In this document: piece after piece, positions 35,746 to 48,727 of the stretch | How the letters are laid out: each line of letters opens with the position of its first letter | Numbering within the stretch: position 1 is the first letter of the stretch | Assembly (NCBI RefSeq): GCF_006345805.1 | Contig: NC_043007.1 | Coordinates: 1,612,001 to 1,676,000, forward strand | DNA length: 64,000 nucleotides | Direction of reading: 5' to 3' | DNA from: Octopus sinensis | Taxonomy: Eukaryota | The notes under the pieces: generated by a model | What the model saw: only the letters and a program-made list of their open reading frames with translations | The model's database searches: none | Told to the model about the DNA's origin: nothing | Position numbers and translations under genes: made by a program

Positions 35746-36029
35746 ACATAAATAAATGTAACACATTCCAATTTTAGCACAAGGCCAGCTATGTTTAGTG
35801 GGATGAGGTTAGTCTATTCGATCGGTCCCAGAACCTTCACTAGTACTGTATTTTATTGGTGCTAAAAGGGTGAAAAGCAAAGAAAGCTTCAGCAGGATTT
35901 GAACTTAGAATGTAAAAAGCATGTACAGAGCCAGAGAAACTAATGCCTAACATTATATTATCCTGTTATAAATCTGAGTGATTTTTCTCTGTCCATTACG
36001 TTTTTATGTTTGCTAACTCCTCCCAGATC

Positions 36030-36317
36030 ATTGGTGCAAGGACAACGAAGCTCAAACCAGCAACTCTCTTATTCCCAGGGAATTTCCTAAGGGGTCTATC
36101 TTTTTAAGGGCTGCCTAATTGGAGCCCCACTGAACCCTGCTCCCTATTTTTTCCTGCATTTTAAACTAAATACATGGCATTGACGACCAAATTGGAGCAA
36201 TGACAATGAATTATATACCATGAACTCCCAGGGGAGTATCATAAGGAGGTTCAATTTCTGAAAGGCTGCTTAAATGGGCCCCTACTGACCCACTCTGCTT
36301 TATTTTTACTGCATTTT
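36030..36317 (+). repeat. Diverged direct repeat pair (36030-36162 / 36191-36317)
   Basis: attggtgcaaggacaacgaa vs attggagcaatgacaatgaa; cccaggg..taagg..ggctgc.taa.tgg..ccc.actga.cc..ctgcatttt in both. Confidence 0.75.
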
Positions 36318-36360
36318 CCTCACACCTACACTTATTTGCAGAAATAAGTTTGGGCATTCT

Positions 36361-36560
36361 AAATACCTATTTCTTTAGTACCCACAAGGGGCTAAACACA
36401 GAGAGGACAAACAAAGACAGACAAATGGATTAAGTCGATTATATTGACCCCAGTGCGTAACTGGTACTTAATTTATCGACCCCGAAAGGATGAAAAGTAA
36501 AGTCGACCTCGGTGGAATTTGAACTCAGAATGTAGCGGCAGACGAAATACTGCTCAGCAT
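36361..36560 (-). mobile_element. SINE family N
   Basis: Near-consensus copy lacking the extreme head. Confidence 0.85.
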
Positions 36561-36647
36561 TTATGAAAACTTATGTCTTGTAACAAATGCAAACAGAAGA
36601 TGAAAGAAGAGGAAAATAGATAATGAAAACAAAGCAGCCAGAAGCTA

Positions 36648-36671
36648 CTACTACTACTACTACTACTACTG

Positions 36672-36733
<62 letters not shown>

Positions 36734-36750
36734 GCTGCTGCTGCTTCTGC
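36648..36750. repeat. (TAC)n/(TGC)n microsatellite
   Basis: Directly visible. Confidence 0.95.
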
Positions 36751-36776
36751 TTGTTTGTTTGTTTGTTGAGCGAAGC

Positions 36777-37127
36777 AGTCTTTGTCCCAGTGGGAGAAGT
36801 CCAAACCGTGGTCCTTTGCTATTCGTAAGACCTGCAGAAGAGAAAGCAGGTCAACCCCCGACTCACCGAGAGCATCGACGGATGGATGAATGCGCATCCA
36901 GGCTCAGCGGTTGCGTAGGAAGTTGAGGACAATAAACAGGAAGAAAGAGTGAGAGAAGGTTGGAGTGAAAGAGTACAACAGGGGTCGCCACCACCCTCCC
37001 CTGCCGGAGCCTCGAGGAGCTTTAGGTGTTTTCACTCAATAAACATACACAACGCCCAGTCTGGGAATCGAAACTGCGATCCTCCGACCGCGAGTCTGCT
37101 GCCCTAACCACTGGGCCATTGCACCTC
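36777..37127 (-). mobile_element. tRNA-derived SINE family O
   Basis: Reverse-complement match to 16602-16965. Confidence 0.85.
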
Positions 37128-37599
37128 CACTACTGCTGCTGCTGCTGCTAGTAATTATAGTTGTAAAAATATTAATTGTTGTATGCAAAGAGTAGAGATT
37201 GAAAGAAATATATATTTATATATATATATATATCTGTATATTTATGACGCCTGATGAATTGGAACAATAAATGTAGCAATTATTAATTTATTTAATGACA
37301 AATCAATATATTGGAAATTTAAGATTTTGATATCTCAAAGAGAAATTCGTTTTGTATATTTTGATTAATTACTCTCGCAACATGAACTGAATATATTTAT
37401 TTATATATTTTGTACGTTAACTATCAGAGCTTTTTTTTTTTTTAATTGCACAATACAAACTAAAAGTCAATGCAGTTAGAGAGGTCTTGTGGAATAAAGT
37501 ACGGAATTGGTCAAGAGTTGAGTGGCTTGAGTTGGAAATAGGACGGACAAAGCTGAAGAAACTCTCAGCTCTGCTCACAGCAAGAGGATTCTTCCAACC

Positions 37600-38010
37600 T
37601 TTCTTTCTTTCCTCTTTCTCTTACTTATCCTCTCTTTCTTTTCCTCTCCCTCTCTCTCTCTCTCTCTTCCTTTGTCTCTCTCCATCACCCCTCTCTCTTT
37701 TCCTCTCTCCCACTCTCTCTTCCTTTCTCTCTCCCTATCTCTCTTTTTCTCTCCTCTCTCTTCTGTCTCTCTCCTCTCTTTCTCTTCTCTTCAGTTCTCT
37801 CTCCCCTTCTCTGTCTGTCTTTCCTTTTTTTCTCTCTCTTTTCTCTGTCTTTCTCCCTCTCTCTATCTCCTCTCTCTTCTTCTCTCTCCGCTCTCTCTCC
37901 CTCTCTTTCTCTTCTTCTCTCATCTTCTCTCCCTCTCTTTCTCTTCTCTCCATTTCTCTCTCTCTCTTTCTCTGTCTGTCTGTCTCTCTCTTTCTCTTTT
38001 CTCTTCATTT
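37600..38010. repeat. Polypyrimidine (CT-rich) tract
   Basis: Directly visible. Confidence 0.9.
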
Positions 38011-38350
38011 CTCACCAGGAATCGAAACCACAATCCTACAATCATAAGTCCAACACCCTAACTATTAAGCCATGCTCCTCCACATGGAGCCCTAAATATT
38101 GGTCATATATCATGGAATTTAGATTGCAACATGCACATGCGCACACGCACACGCATACACACACACACACATTCATAAATGCATATGTTGCTACTTATAT
38201 TCCCCTTTATTTGACTATTTTTCTTAGTCATTGCACGGTAATTGCTATAAGCTTTGGACTTATATATACCATTATTATTATTTACAGTATTGTAAAACCC
38301 AGCGCCGTTTAACAAAACCATTCACACCAAAAGTATATATATATATATAT

Positions 38351-38703
38351 CATCATCATCATCATCATTTAACGTCTGCTTTCCATGCTAGCATGGGTTA
38401 GACGATTTGACTGAGGTCTGGCGAACCAGATGGCTGCACCAGGCTCCAATCTGACCTGGCAGAGTTTCTACAGCTGGATGCCCTTCCTAATGCCAACCAC
38501 TGTGAGAGTGGAGTGGGTGCTTTTACTTTCCACAGGCGGTACTGGTAACGGCCATGCTTAAATGGTGTGTTTTACGTGCCACCTGCACAGGAAGCAATCC
38601 AGCGGCACTGGCAACGTGATCGCCTGAATGTTTTTTATGTTCCACTGGCACAAGTGCCAGTAAGGCAACACTGGTAATGATCACGCTGAAATGGTGCTTT
38701 TTA
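38351..38703 (-). mobile_element. RTE-like LINE 3' end
   Basis: Family motifs and (CAT)n tail. Confidence 0.75.
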
Positions 38704-38710
38704 TGTAATA

Positions 38711-38969
38711 CAGTGTACATTTAAACACATAAGAGGTAGCCATCATAGGACTACCTGCATGCTAGAGAGGACAGTTAAATTCCAAACCACTAATTAGGGA
38801 TAAAATATCGAAGAGAGTGAAAAATAAAAACATTTACCATCCATTTTAATTTTTTATTGTTCATTCCCTTTGATATTTTATCCCTAATATTGGTTTGGAA
38901 TTTAACTGTCCTCTCTAGCACGCAGGTAGTCATATGATGACTACCTCTCATGCGTTTAAATTTACACTG
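38711..38969. mobile_element. Tc1/mariner-type MITE with ~100-bp TIRs and TA TSD
   Basis: TA|CAGTGtacatttaaac...gtttaaatttaCACTG|TA; the arms pair over about 100 bp. Confidence 0.85.
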
Positions 38970-39076
38970 TATTTATATGAATAATATATAGTCTATTGAC
39001 TAAATTCTTACACGCTAGGCCACTTGTAATGGAAATTTCTAATATTTCAGATTACCCTTTGATATTATTAATCACA

Positions 39077-39118
<42 letters not shown>

Positions 39119-39870
39119 CCTTTGCTCACATACATGCATATAGACACTTGTAAATTTACGATCCTTGTTGAGAGCACGAGGGGCAGATATATTTTGAAAT
39201 GAAATGTATGTACATTCCTGCTGTTTGCTTTGAAAATTTACTTTGAATTTCACTAAAACTCTGGTTGATAATATTATTATGTATAATAATATATGATGGC
39301 CACCACTCTTATGTGATAAGACATTATGGCCCACCAGCAAAGCCACTTGACTATTTTCACTTGTAGATTATTGTTGTAGCTTGATATCTTTTTTCTCTCT
39401 CTCTCTCTCTTTTTTGGGGGGTGGAAGGCTGGGGGGGGGGGTGAATTCTCTGTTATTCATTTTGTAAGATAAGGTCAGTGGGGGAAACGTTTTGTTTGGT
39501 GGTGGGTAAACAGGAATTTTATTTCATATTTATCTCATTAGAGTGTTCAATGAAGAAATCAATAGAAATGATAGAGGTGTTAAATAGACTTTGTTTCGCT
39601 TCTTTTTGTTGTGTTTTTTTTTTGTTTTGTTTTGTTTCGTTGTCAAAAATTTGTGCAGCTTTTAGTCGTATTTTTTAAATTTTCTGTTGGTAATTTTATT
39701 TTTATTTATTTTGTTTTTTGTTTTTGTTTTTGTTTTTCGGTCACATTGCTATCGTAAAGTTAGGCAAATGTTATAAGCAAATATTTTTGTTATATCTTTC
39801 AAATACTCTTACCGCTACACATTTACGCACAGAAGCACTCTTTCTTCCTTCTTTCCTTCTTTCCTTCCTA

Positions 39871-39909
<39 letters not shown>

Positions 39910-40846
39910 TCGACACAGACATATTAAAAACACCTTCACAAACACCCACACATATTCTCTTTCTATGAGCATTTCTGTGTCCGTATGCGAGTGTGTTCGA
40001 AGACTGTTAATGTACAAACGTTTGTAAACTTTTAATATTTATTGTCAACTATTGTTTGCTAAACTCCGAACTACGTAGCAGTGTTTCCACCTCCTCAATT
40101 CACTTAATATGGCTGCTTGCCAATTCCAACAAATTAAATGTAAACACTTCCATAGTTACTGCCTCTCAACACCACTAAATGCAAAAGGTTGCAGCCAAGT
40201 GCAGTGATATCACCTCTCTCGGGTTAACAGTCCCAAGGGTTGCTCTTGTGCTAAGCGCTGTTAACCAGGTTTTCTTCACTCCTCTAATCTCTTTTGTGTC
40301 TTTACCTCCATGTGATATCTCATCCTAACAGCCCCTGCTGGCTGAATATACAAACCCCTGTACATCACTGGGTGTGGGGTTGCATTAATGAAGCATAACA
40401 GGGGTTTAATCAGAAGGGCATACAATGGCAAACCAATCTGCCAAATGTAGACATCATCTTCGTTATTGTTGTTGTCATTTCTTTCATTATTTCTTCCATG
40501 CTGGCATGGGTTGGAGGACTACTTGTTGAGACAATGTTCAACAGCTTGGCACCCTTGCCTGTTTGTAGAAGGGAGTATTTTAGTACTGCTGACCTTCACA
40601 TGTCTAAATCAGTGATATTTAGGATGTACTGCTTGTAGAAGGCATGGGCACAACAAGCTCAATGCTCAAAGCAGTGTCATGCAAAGATACAGAGAATGTA
40701 AAAGCTCATGCTTAATGCAATATATATGTAGAAATACACACACACACACTCACAAACACCCCCCACACACAAACACACACAGAGTTACTGTGCATGTATA
40801 TAAAGTACATATATAAATGTTTTATATATGTGTGCATTATCTATCT

Positions 40847-40884
<38 letters not shown>

Positions 40885-41953
40885 CGTATATAAATAAATG
40901 GGGCAGGCAACAGGTTGCTTAGCCACATACCGAAAAAATTAGAAATAGCAGTCAAAGACTGTTTATTTCTATTGCCTACAAGTGAGACACCACACACGTC
41001 ATATCCCTGTAATTCACATATACAAAATATATATTGAACTTTTATAGAAGTTCCTACCGTTAATGGTTATATTTACATGCCGAAATCTACCTGTAAATAA
41101 TTGTTGGTTTTTTTACAAACCATTAAAGTTATTATTTACTCTTATTATATATATATATATTCTTTTATTCATTTACTTATATATATATATAAGATATAAG
41201 TTAGAGGTTGTTAAGCCCTCTAAGGGATAGAAGCATCCAGAGGTACTTCTGGTAATTACCTCAGTAAGTATTGTCCTTGGTATGAGGTATACGGCAGCAG
41301 TGAATTTGAAAAGGTAAACCGTAGTTTAATGTATATATAGACGATCAGAAATTGGAGGAAAATCAACAAATAGAAGTGTGTCTGTGGTGCTGAAAAGCCA
41401 TTATATAATTAAGCAAGGTGACGGTAGGACCGAAAGAATAAGTGCCATGCTTACAAAGAGTATATGTATATATGTGTATATATGTATATTTATATATATT
41501 ATCACACCAAATTTTAAGGTTTAAATTATTAATCGTAAATTTCTTTATATAATTATCCTTTTAATGATTTAAAAGTAATTTTATGATCATGTTTTTGAAC
41601 AAATGTTGACAAAGAGTTTTCCTGGCAAAATTTAATCAAACTTTATGAAAATAAATTTGATACCAGAAATCTTTATTTTCAAGTAGTGATTTCGAAATTG
41701 AATTTTGATTTTCATAAAGAAATACCCAATGGTTAATTTTCTTATGAAGACAGCAACCCGTATTTGGAAATTTATTATTAACTTGTGAAAGGCACTTGGA
41801 TATTAAACAGACTGATCTACTAAAACATTATTCATATTCAGCTATGGGGATAAAAATTTCTATCTGGTTTCTGTCATTTCATGAAAATGCACTACAACCT
41901 AAATTATTAAATCATACACATTTACTAGGAAATATTTATATGATAGAAAAGCT

Positions 41954-42120
41954 TAGGCACAGGCCGTGTGATAAGAAGTTTGATTCCCAACCACATGGTT
42001 CTAGGTTCAATCCCACTGGCATGGCACTTTGAGCAAGAATCTTCTGCTATAACTCTGGGCTGACCTTAGTCTTTTGAGTGGATGTGTTAATAGAGACTGA
42101 AGAAAGCCTATTGTGTATGC

Positions 42121-42167
<47 letters not shown>

Positions 42168-42322
42168 GCTTCTTTCAGTTTCTGTTTACCAAATCCGCTC
42201 ACAAGGCTTTGGTCAGCCTGAGGCTATAGTAGAAGACACTTGCCTAAGGTGTCACGCAGTGGGACTGAACCCGGAACCATGTTGTTGGTTAGCAAGTTGC
42301 TTAACACACAGCCACTTCTGTG

Positions 42323-42325
<3 letters not shown>
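41954..42325. mobile_element. Two inverted SINE M 5' halves (+41954-42112, -42163-42325) joined at (TA)n
   Basis: Head and central domain on each side of the (TA)n at 42126-42162; no tails. Confidence 0.8.
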
Positions 42326-42384
<59 letters not shown>

Positions 42385-42464
42385 AGAGTAAACACATAAT
42401 GTGAAACAAGGTGGAAGAAAAGAGTACTCAAATACCAGTGGTAGAGTAATATACTTTAAATAAA

Positions 42465-42504
<40 letters not shown>

Positions 42505-42539
42505 CAGTCAATAAAAACACAGACAGCCCATTTTAACAG

Positions 42540-42918
42540 ATATACAATATTTACCAAAATTACATAAAAATATCTTGAGTATAGAGTAAATTTATTATAT
42601 ACAATCGCCATTGGTTTCAACCATGGCCTCTAGATGACTTTGGAATCTCCTGCAACTCTTCTGGATGGTCTCCTTGTTTAAGTTGGTGAATGCTGCCATA
42701 ATCCTTGCCTTCAGTTCATCTTTGGTGTTACAAGGAGTTTTGTTGGTCTCACATTCAATTGCACCTTACACATAATAATCAAGAGGGTTGCAGCCTGGGG
42801 AGTTGGGTGGCCAGATGTTAGGGGTGATGTGGTTGCAGAAATTCTCTGACAGCCATGATTGGGTTCTCCTGCTTGTGTGGCATGGTGAAGAGTCCTATTG
42901 CCAAACATAGGGTCTTCT
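42540..42918 (-). pseudogene. Tc1/mariner DD37D (maT-type) transposase 3' fragment
   Basis: RRPYVWQ*DSSPCHTSRRTQSWLSENFCNHITPNIWPPNSPGCNPLDYYV*GAIE...EAMVETNGDCI*; 37 residues between the two Asp. Confidence 0.85.
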
Positions 42919-43489
42919 TTGCTTGTCTCATAATGTAGCAGTTCGACAAATATAGATTAATACGATTATTTTCTGTCAGAAAATTAATTACTTGTGTCAA
43001 TATGATCATATGATCTATTAAGGATAGTGACCAGACAAATATAAACCACCTCTCCTCAGAGGTAAAAATGGGTTTGCATAGGGCCTATAAAAACACAAAA
43101 CAAAAGAAAAAAAAATCAGTTACATTGATAACAGTTAAAAAACCAACAAGACCTGGCAGAGGGAGGCCTTACGACCCAAAATTGAGAACACTGGATAAAA
43201 TTATCAATGACCTATGCTCCATAGGGAGCAAAGGGCTTAGTGAAGGCAAAATAAGTAGAATGTATAGCTATATTTTGTTTTTGTTGTTAAGGTATTTTTT
43301 CTCATGTCATTATTCTGAAGATTATCATTAATATCACTTTGAGTAACCTGATTTGGTATTGAATCGATAAATCTGTCGTATAACGTATCACCCACCACAC
43401 ATATTGGGTGTTACCTGAAACACCTATTATTTTGAGTTCAGACATGTTACCTTTCTTTAACTTTACCTCTACGTTCATCTAGTGCCTCT

Positions 43490-43859
43490 CACGTGAAAAG
43501 CACCATTTGAATGTAATTATTGCTAGCGTTGCCTTACTGGCACATGTGCTGGTAGCACTTGAAAAACAACATTCGAGCGTGGTCATTGCCAGTGCCGCTG
43601 AACTGGATCCTGTGCAGGCAGCATGTAAAGAACACCTTTTGAGCATGGTCATTGCCAGAACCACCTGACTGGCCCTCATGGCGGTGGCACGTAAAAGCAC
43701 CCAATACACTCTCAGAGTGGTTGGTGTAAGGAAGGGCATCCAGCTGTAGAAACTTTGCCAGATCAGATTGAACCTGGCGCAGCCTTTTGGCTTCCCAGAC
43801 CCCAGTTGAACCGTCCAACCCATGCTAGCATGGAAAGCGGACGTTAAACGATGATGATA
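43490..43859 (+). mobile_element. RTE-like LINE 3' end
   Basis: Family motifs and (GAT)n tail. Confidence 0.75.
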
Positions 43860-44617
43860 ATCTGAATATTTTGTTTCATTATACATTTGATATGAATAGA
43901 TATAACTCTTTAAATCTTTATTTATACTTATTGTGATTGCTTTGAATTAGAATTTTGAAAAAAAACAAAACAAAAAAACCCAAGAAAATAAACAAAATAA
44001 AACTCAACTATTTATTGAATTTTATTTTTCATCCTAAATTTGATTCATTCAGCAGAGAAGTACTGGCCACCCCTACTTAAATATAGATCATGTTCAAATT
44101 TAGATATCCACTTCTGTTCTCCGTCTTTCTTTTTATGTCAATTTTTCATCAATTCACATTTTGCACATCTTTTTTTTTTTGTATTTTAAGTGGAGATGAG
44201 ATTAACAATTGGGTAACAAAAATATATAAAATAAATAAAACAGGATAAAAATTTTGTAAAATTTCATTGAATATTCAATCAATCAACCATACACTTTGTA
44301 TCGTATTATAACTGTTTGTCTCACACATAGATTTGTTGTATGTGTAGAGTTTCTTTTCAGTAAACTGTAGTCAGGGCAGTTTTTTTATTGGAAAGTTTCA
44401 ATTGTGCATAATTGATTTGAACTGGTCGATAAAGAAATTCTCTTGTAATGGAATTGCATTGAAAAATTCTTCAGTGTGTTATGATTGAAGGATGACAACA
44501 GGGAAATCTGCTGGTTGTAAATTTTAGAGAAGATAAACTTTGCAAATCATTTATGAGAATGAAAGAAAAGACGTACAGTTGGTCAATTTTCAATTATCTC
44601 TGACTACTATAAACAGT

Positions 44618-44961
44618 CGTGAAGGCGCATGGCTCAGTGGTCAGAGCGTCCGGCTTACGATCATGAGGTTGTGAGCTTGAATCCTGGACCAGGCTGTGCG
44701 TTGTGTTCTTGAGCAAGACACTTTATTTCACGTTGTTCCAGTTCACTCAGCTGTAGAAATGAGTTGCGACGTCACTGGTGCCAAGCTGTATCGGCCCCTT
44801 TGCCTTTCCCTTGGATACCATTGGTGGCATGGAGAGGGGAGGCCAGTATGCATGGGCAACTGCTGGTCTTCCATAAACAACCTTGCCTGGACTTGTACCT
44901 GGGAGGGTAACATTCTAGGTGCAATCCCATGGTCTGTGTCATGACCGAAGGCAGGTCTCAG
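44618..44961 (+). mobile_element. tRNA-derived SINE family C (CORE-like segment) with 12-bp TSD
   Basis: A box TGGCTCAGTGG, B-box-like gagcttgaatcc, ttgagcaagacactttatttcac; TSD actataaacagt at 44606 and 44962. Confidence 0.85.
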
Positions 44962-44997
44962 ACTATAAACAGTGTCACAAAATAAATAGAGACTAGT

Positions 44998-45096
44998 TGC
45001 TGGCATGGCTATGTGCTTAGGAAGTTTGCCTCACAATCATGTGGTCTTAGGTTCAGTCCCACTGTGTGGAATCTCCGGCAAGTGTCTTCTACTATA
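44998..45096 (+). mobile_element. SINE family M head, interrupted by a family N dimer
   Basis: ggcatggctatgtgcttaggaag...ggttcagtcccactg...gtcttctactata. Confidence 0.7.
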
Positions 45097-45508
45097 TTTT
45101 TCTTTACTGCCCACGAGGGGCTAAACGTAAACGGGACAAACAAGGACAGACAAACGGATTAAGTCGATTGTATCAACCCCAGTGCGTAACTGGTCTTTAA
45201 TTTATCGACCCCGAAAGGATGAAAGGCAAAGTCAACCTCAGCGGAATTTGAACTCGGAACGTAATGACAGACGAAATACCTATTTCTTTACTACCCACAA
45301 GGGGCTAAACACAGAGAGGACAATCAAGGACAGACAAACGGATAAAGTCGATTATATCGACCCCAGTGTGAAAGTAGTACTTTATTTATGGACCGTGAAA
45401 GGATGAAAGGCAAAGTTGACCTCGGCGGAATTTGAACTTAGAACGTAGCAGCAGACGAAATACCGCTAAGCATTTTGCCCAGCATGCTAACAGTTCTGCC
45501 AGCTTGCC
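45097..45508 (-). mobile_element. Head-to-tail SINE family N dimer with a single TSD
   Basis: TSD (g)tcttctactata at 45084 and 45509; junction gaaatagg|tatttcgtc at about 45277. Confidence 0.85.
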
Positions 45509-45662
45509 GTCTTCTACTATAGCCCATGCTGCATGGGTAAATTTCACAGGTAGACACCACACAAGGCCCATTTTACATGTGTGTTTGTTTACACTTTGTA
45601 AATTACTGAGCATCTCACTATTAAATGATGCTACAAGAAAGACATCCCGCTGTGTTAGACAG

Positions 45663-45965
45663 ATCATCATCATCATCGTCTAACGTCCGCTTTCCATGCT
45701 AGCATGGGTTGGATGATTTTGACTGAGGGCTGGCGAACCAGACGGCTGCACCAGGCTCCAATCTTGATCTGGCAGAGTTTCTACAGCTGGATGCCCTTCC
45801 TAATGCCAACCACTCCGAGAGTGTAGTGGGTGTTTTTTACGTGCCACCGGCATGGGGGCCAGTCAGATGGTACTGGCAATGGCCTCGCTTGAATCTTTTT
45901 ACACATGCCACTGGCACATGTGCCAGTAAGGCGATGCTGGTAACGATCACGCTCGAATGGTGCCC
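45663..45965 (-). mobile_element. RTE-like LINE 3' end
   Basis: Near-identical to 340-713. Confidence 0.8.
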
Positions 45966-47685
45966 GTCTAACCGAAACAGACATTAAAACAAGTCAACGA
46001 ATGGGAGTAAGTGAAACTTAAATCTAATTTAGAAGAAAATGACTCTTTTATTAATGAGTTAAAGCTAGAAATCTGAATCGAGTTTTAAGTTAAGCAATCT
46101 TCCATCTTAAGTTGGATTAAATGATTGAGAATTACTGAGAATTAAAGATACCTGTCAATTGAAGGTTTTTGTTAATTTGCTTAACAAATAATTTGAACCT
46201 CTTTGAGATAAACCAGACTGCTTTTATCCCCCATAGGAAATTTGTAATCACAATGAAGAATTTGTTGAATTGAGATATCAGTTAGAATTATCAAAATTCT
46301 TTAGAACTCAATGGTCAGGCTTCTGTTCATTGTAATTTCGTATGCATTCATATTGTTAGATTGAATATTTAAAGGAATCATGAAATCTTAGACTTATGCA
46401 ACAAAAGCTGATAGATTTCTATTTAAAACGATGGAAATAAAAGTATTGTACATTGAAATACTATTATCAGCATTCATTGGAAAAGATTTGAAAAATATAT
46501 CCTAAAGGTATCTCATTTTGAGACTAAAAATTAAAGACTACTGCTGCAATTAACAAAAAAGCAAAAATTGAAAAGTTATCAGAATAAATACTCGAAAAGA
46601 TAAGTCTATATTTCTTAGAATTGCTTTTGTTAAAATAGAACTTTATTATCAATATTTCCATATTCAGTAAAATTTTGTTAAGAAGTTGCAGGAATTTGAA
46701 TTTCATTCTAACAAAGTTACTTGAATTATATGTAACTTGTAAGTTTTTTTTCTCCCGTATCTGTTAATATGGCAATGTTATGTTGAGTTTCATTTGAATA
46801 GAACTTTGGTAAGTTTTTCAACAAGCAGCATAGTAATTCTCTTCATGTTTAAGATTATAAATTGACCAATAAACTGCAGCCGTATGATGCTGTCATAACA
46901 GCATCAGCAACATCTCTGTGGAACATTTCTAGTCAGTTTATTAAATTGATGAGAAAAAGTCATAGAAAAAGAAGAAGAAAAACGAAAAAGAAAAGTAAAA
47001 AAGAAAAAAAAAATCTTATTGAGGATTCAAAAATCTGTCTGTTCAGATATTGGTTGTGTAGGTTTTAATAAACTTGTCGCTGAGTTTATAACAATTTGAA
47101 TTATAACAAATACTTTTGCAGATAATGGAAAAGCGAATGTTTGATTTGGTTTCACTTTCACTTTCTTTTTCTATTTTGGTTTCGTAATTTCAAATATAAA
47201 AGATTAGTCTTCTGAGAGAATTAGTTTTTCAGGCAAAGTGGTACCTAATATTTAGTTATTGACACCGTACAAATACAGAAAATATTCTAGGGAGATGAAT
47301 AGACTGTGAGAATTTTTAGACATGTTGATGTATCATAATTCAATAAGAAATAAATTGAGAAAGAAGCTAGGGAAAATCGTAAAAATGTGGTGACACTGTT
47401 AATTCTCCTTAGACACTGTGCGGTTCAGCAATAGAATTATTTATTGCATTCCTTTGGATTGGTTTACCAGTGTTCTTAACCAATCTAATTAGCAAGGTAA
47501 AGTTGAAACACAGAAGACAGGTAAAACTGTGTCACTGTTTACTTTTTGCGATAGAAACAAATAATAATTTAAACAGTCTTTTGTTTATCCTGATGGCCAG
47601 AAATAATTTCCAAGACATAAAAATGCAAGTAGATAAAGACAATAGGATGATGTATTATACCAAGTAATTGCATGAATTTTTAGAG

Positions 47686-47753
<68 letters not shown>

Positions 47754-48382
47754 AGGAAATGAGATAAAGAGTGGTTAAGTGAAAAGCTGGAAGTTTAAGA
47801 AAGAATGGAGGGAGTGTTTAAAAGAGTTGAGTGAAAATGGTGACATACTCCCAATACTGAATTTTAATTAAAAGAAATTCTTCAATTTTACACAAATTCT
47901 AAAGAATCTCTTCCTGCTTCACTTGTTGGAGATGTTGTCTTAACATGATTACCATTTCAAATTGGATGAGCGTTAGAAAGTGGATTTTCTTCAGATTTTC
48001 ATTTAAATTTTTTTTAGTGTTTAGGTTTTTAGATCAGTTTGTTAGTAATAATTAAGTTTCTAATATGTATTGGTTTTGGTTTTATTATCAAGTTGGTAGT
48101 AATTTTTATTATTATTTTTTTTTTACAACTACATGTATTTCGTTAGTGTTAATTACTCAAATGTGAAGCAAGGGAATTGTTTTGCCATACATGCAAAATA
48201 AAGTTAAGCCGATTCTTGCTCAGGTGTTCATGAAATGTTTTTATAGACAAGAAGAATTGTATAAAAAAAAAACAATATTTAGAAACAAACTAAAAAATCA
48301 CTGTCCAAACTTAGCATGAGAAAAGGTTGTAAAAATTAATAAAGTTAGTCCAATCTTTATTACTAAAATATTGATAATAATA

Positions 48383-48422
<40 letters not shown>

Positions 48423-48439
48423 TAATAATGATTATTATT

Positions 48440-48498
<59 letters not shown>

Positions 48499-48540
48499 TT
48501 GCTATTATTATTATTAGTGATAATAATAATAATGATAATA

Positions 48541-48727
48541 TCTTGAGTAGTACATGGGACAAATAGGGGCTGCAATAAGGGTGGAGCACTTGGAGAAAAC
48601 AGCACTGCTTGGAACTGCTCGAATTCTCGGGAAGGTGCTTGAGAAATAAGAGGTGTTACCTTAGTTCACTGGTAGTGAACAGGTGAAACTGTAGTACATC
48701 TCCAGCGTTAGAAGCTGTGCAAAGGCA
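48541..48727 (+). mobile_element. R4/Dong-clade LINE 3' fragment inside (TAA)n (48385-48770)
   Basis: LE*YMGQIGAAIRVEHLEKTALLGTARILGKVLEK* plus a short UTR. Confidence 0.8.

Noticed and set aside
37245-37290. CTGATGA with a short stem (hammerhead-like); also CTGAAGA...GAAACATG at about 51150
   Set aside because: GAAA is missing or stem I does not pair; not a supportable ribozyme.
46886-46907. 9-bp hairpin tgatgctgt-cata-acagcatca
   Set aside because: Too short to be distinguished from chance; eukaryotic context, so not a terminator.
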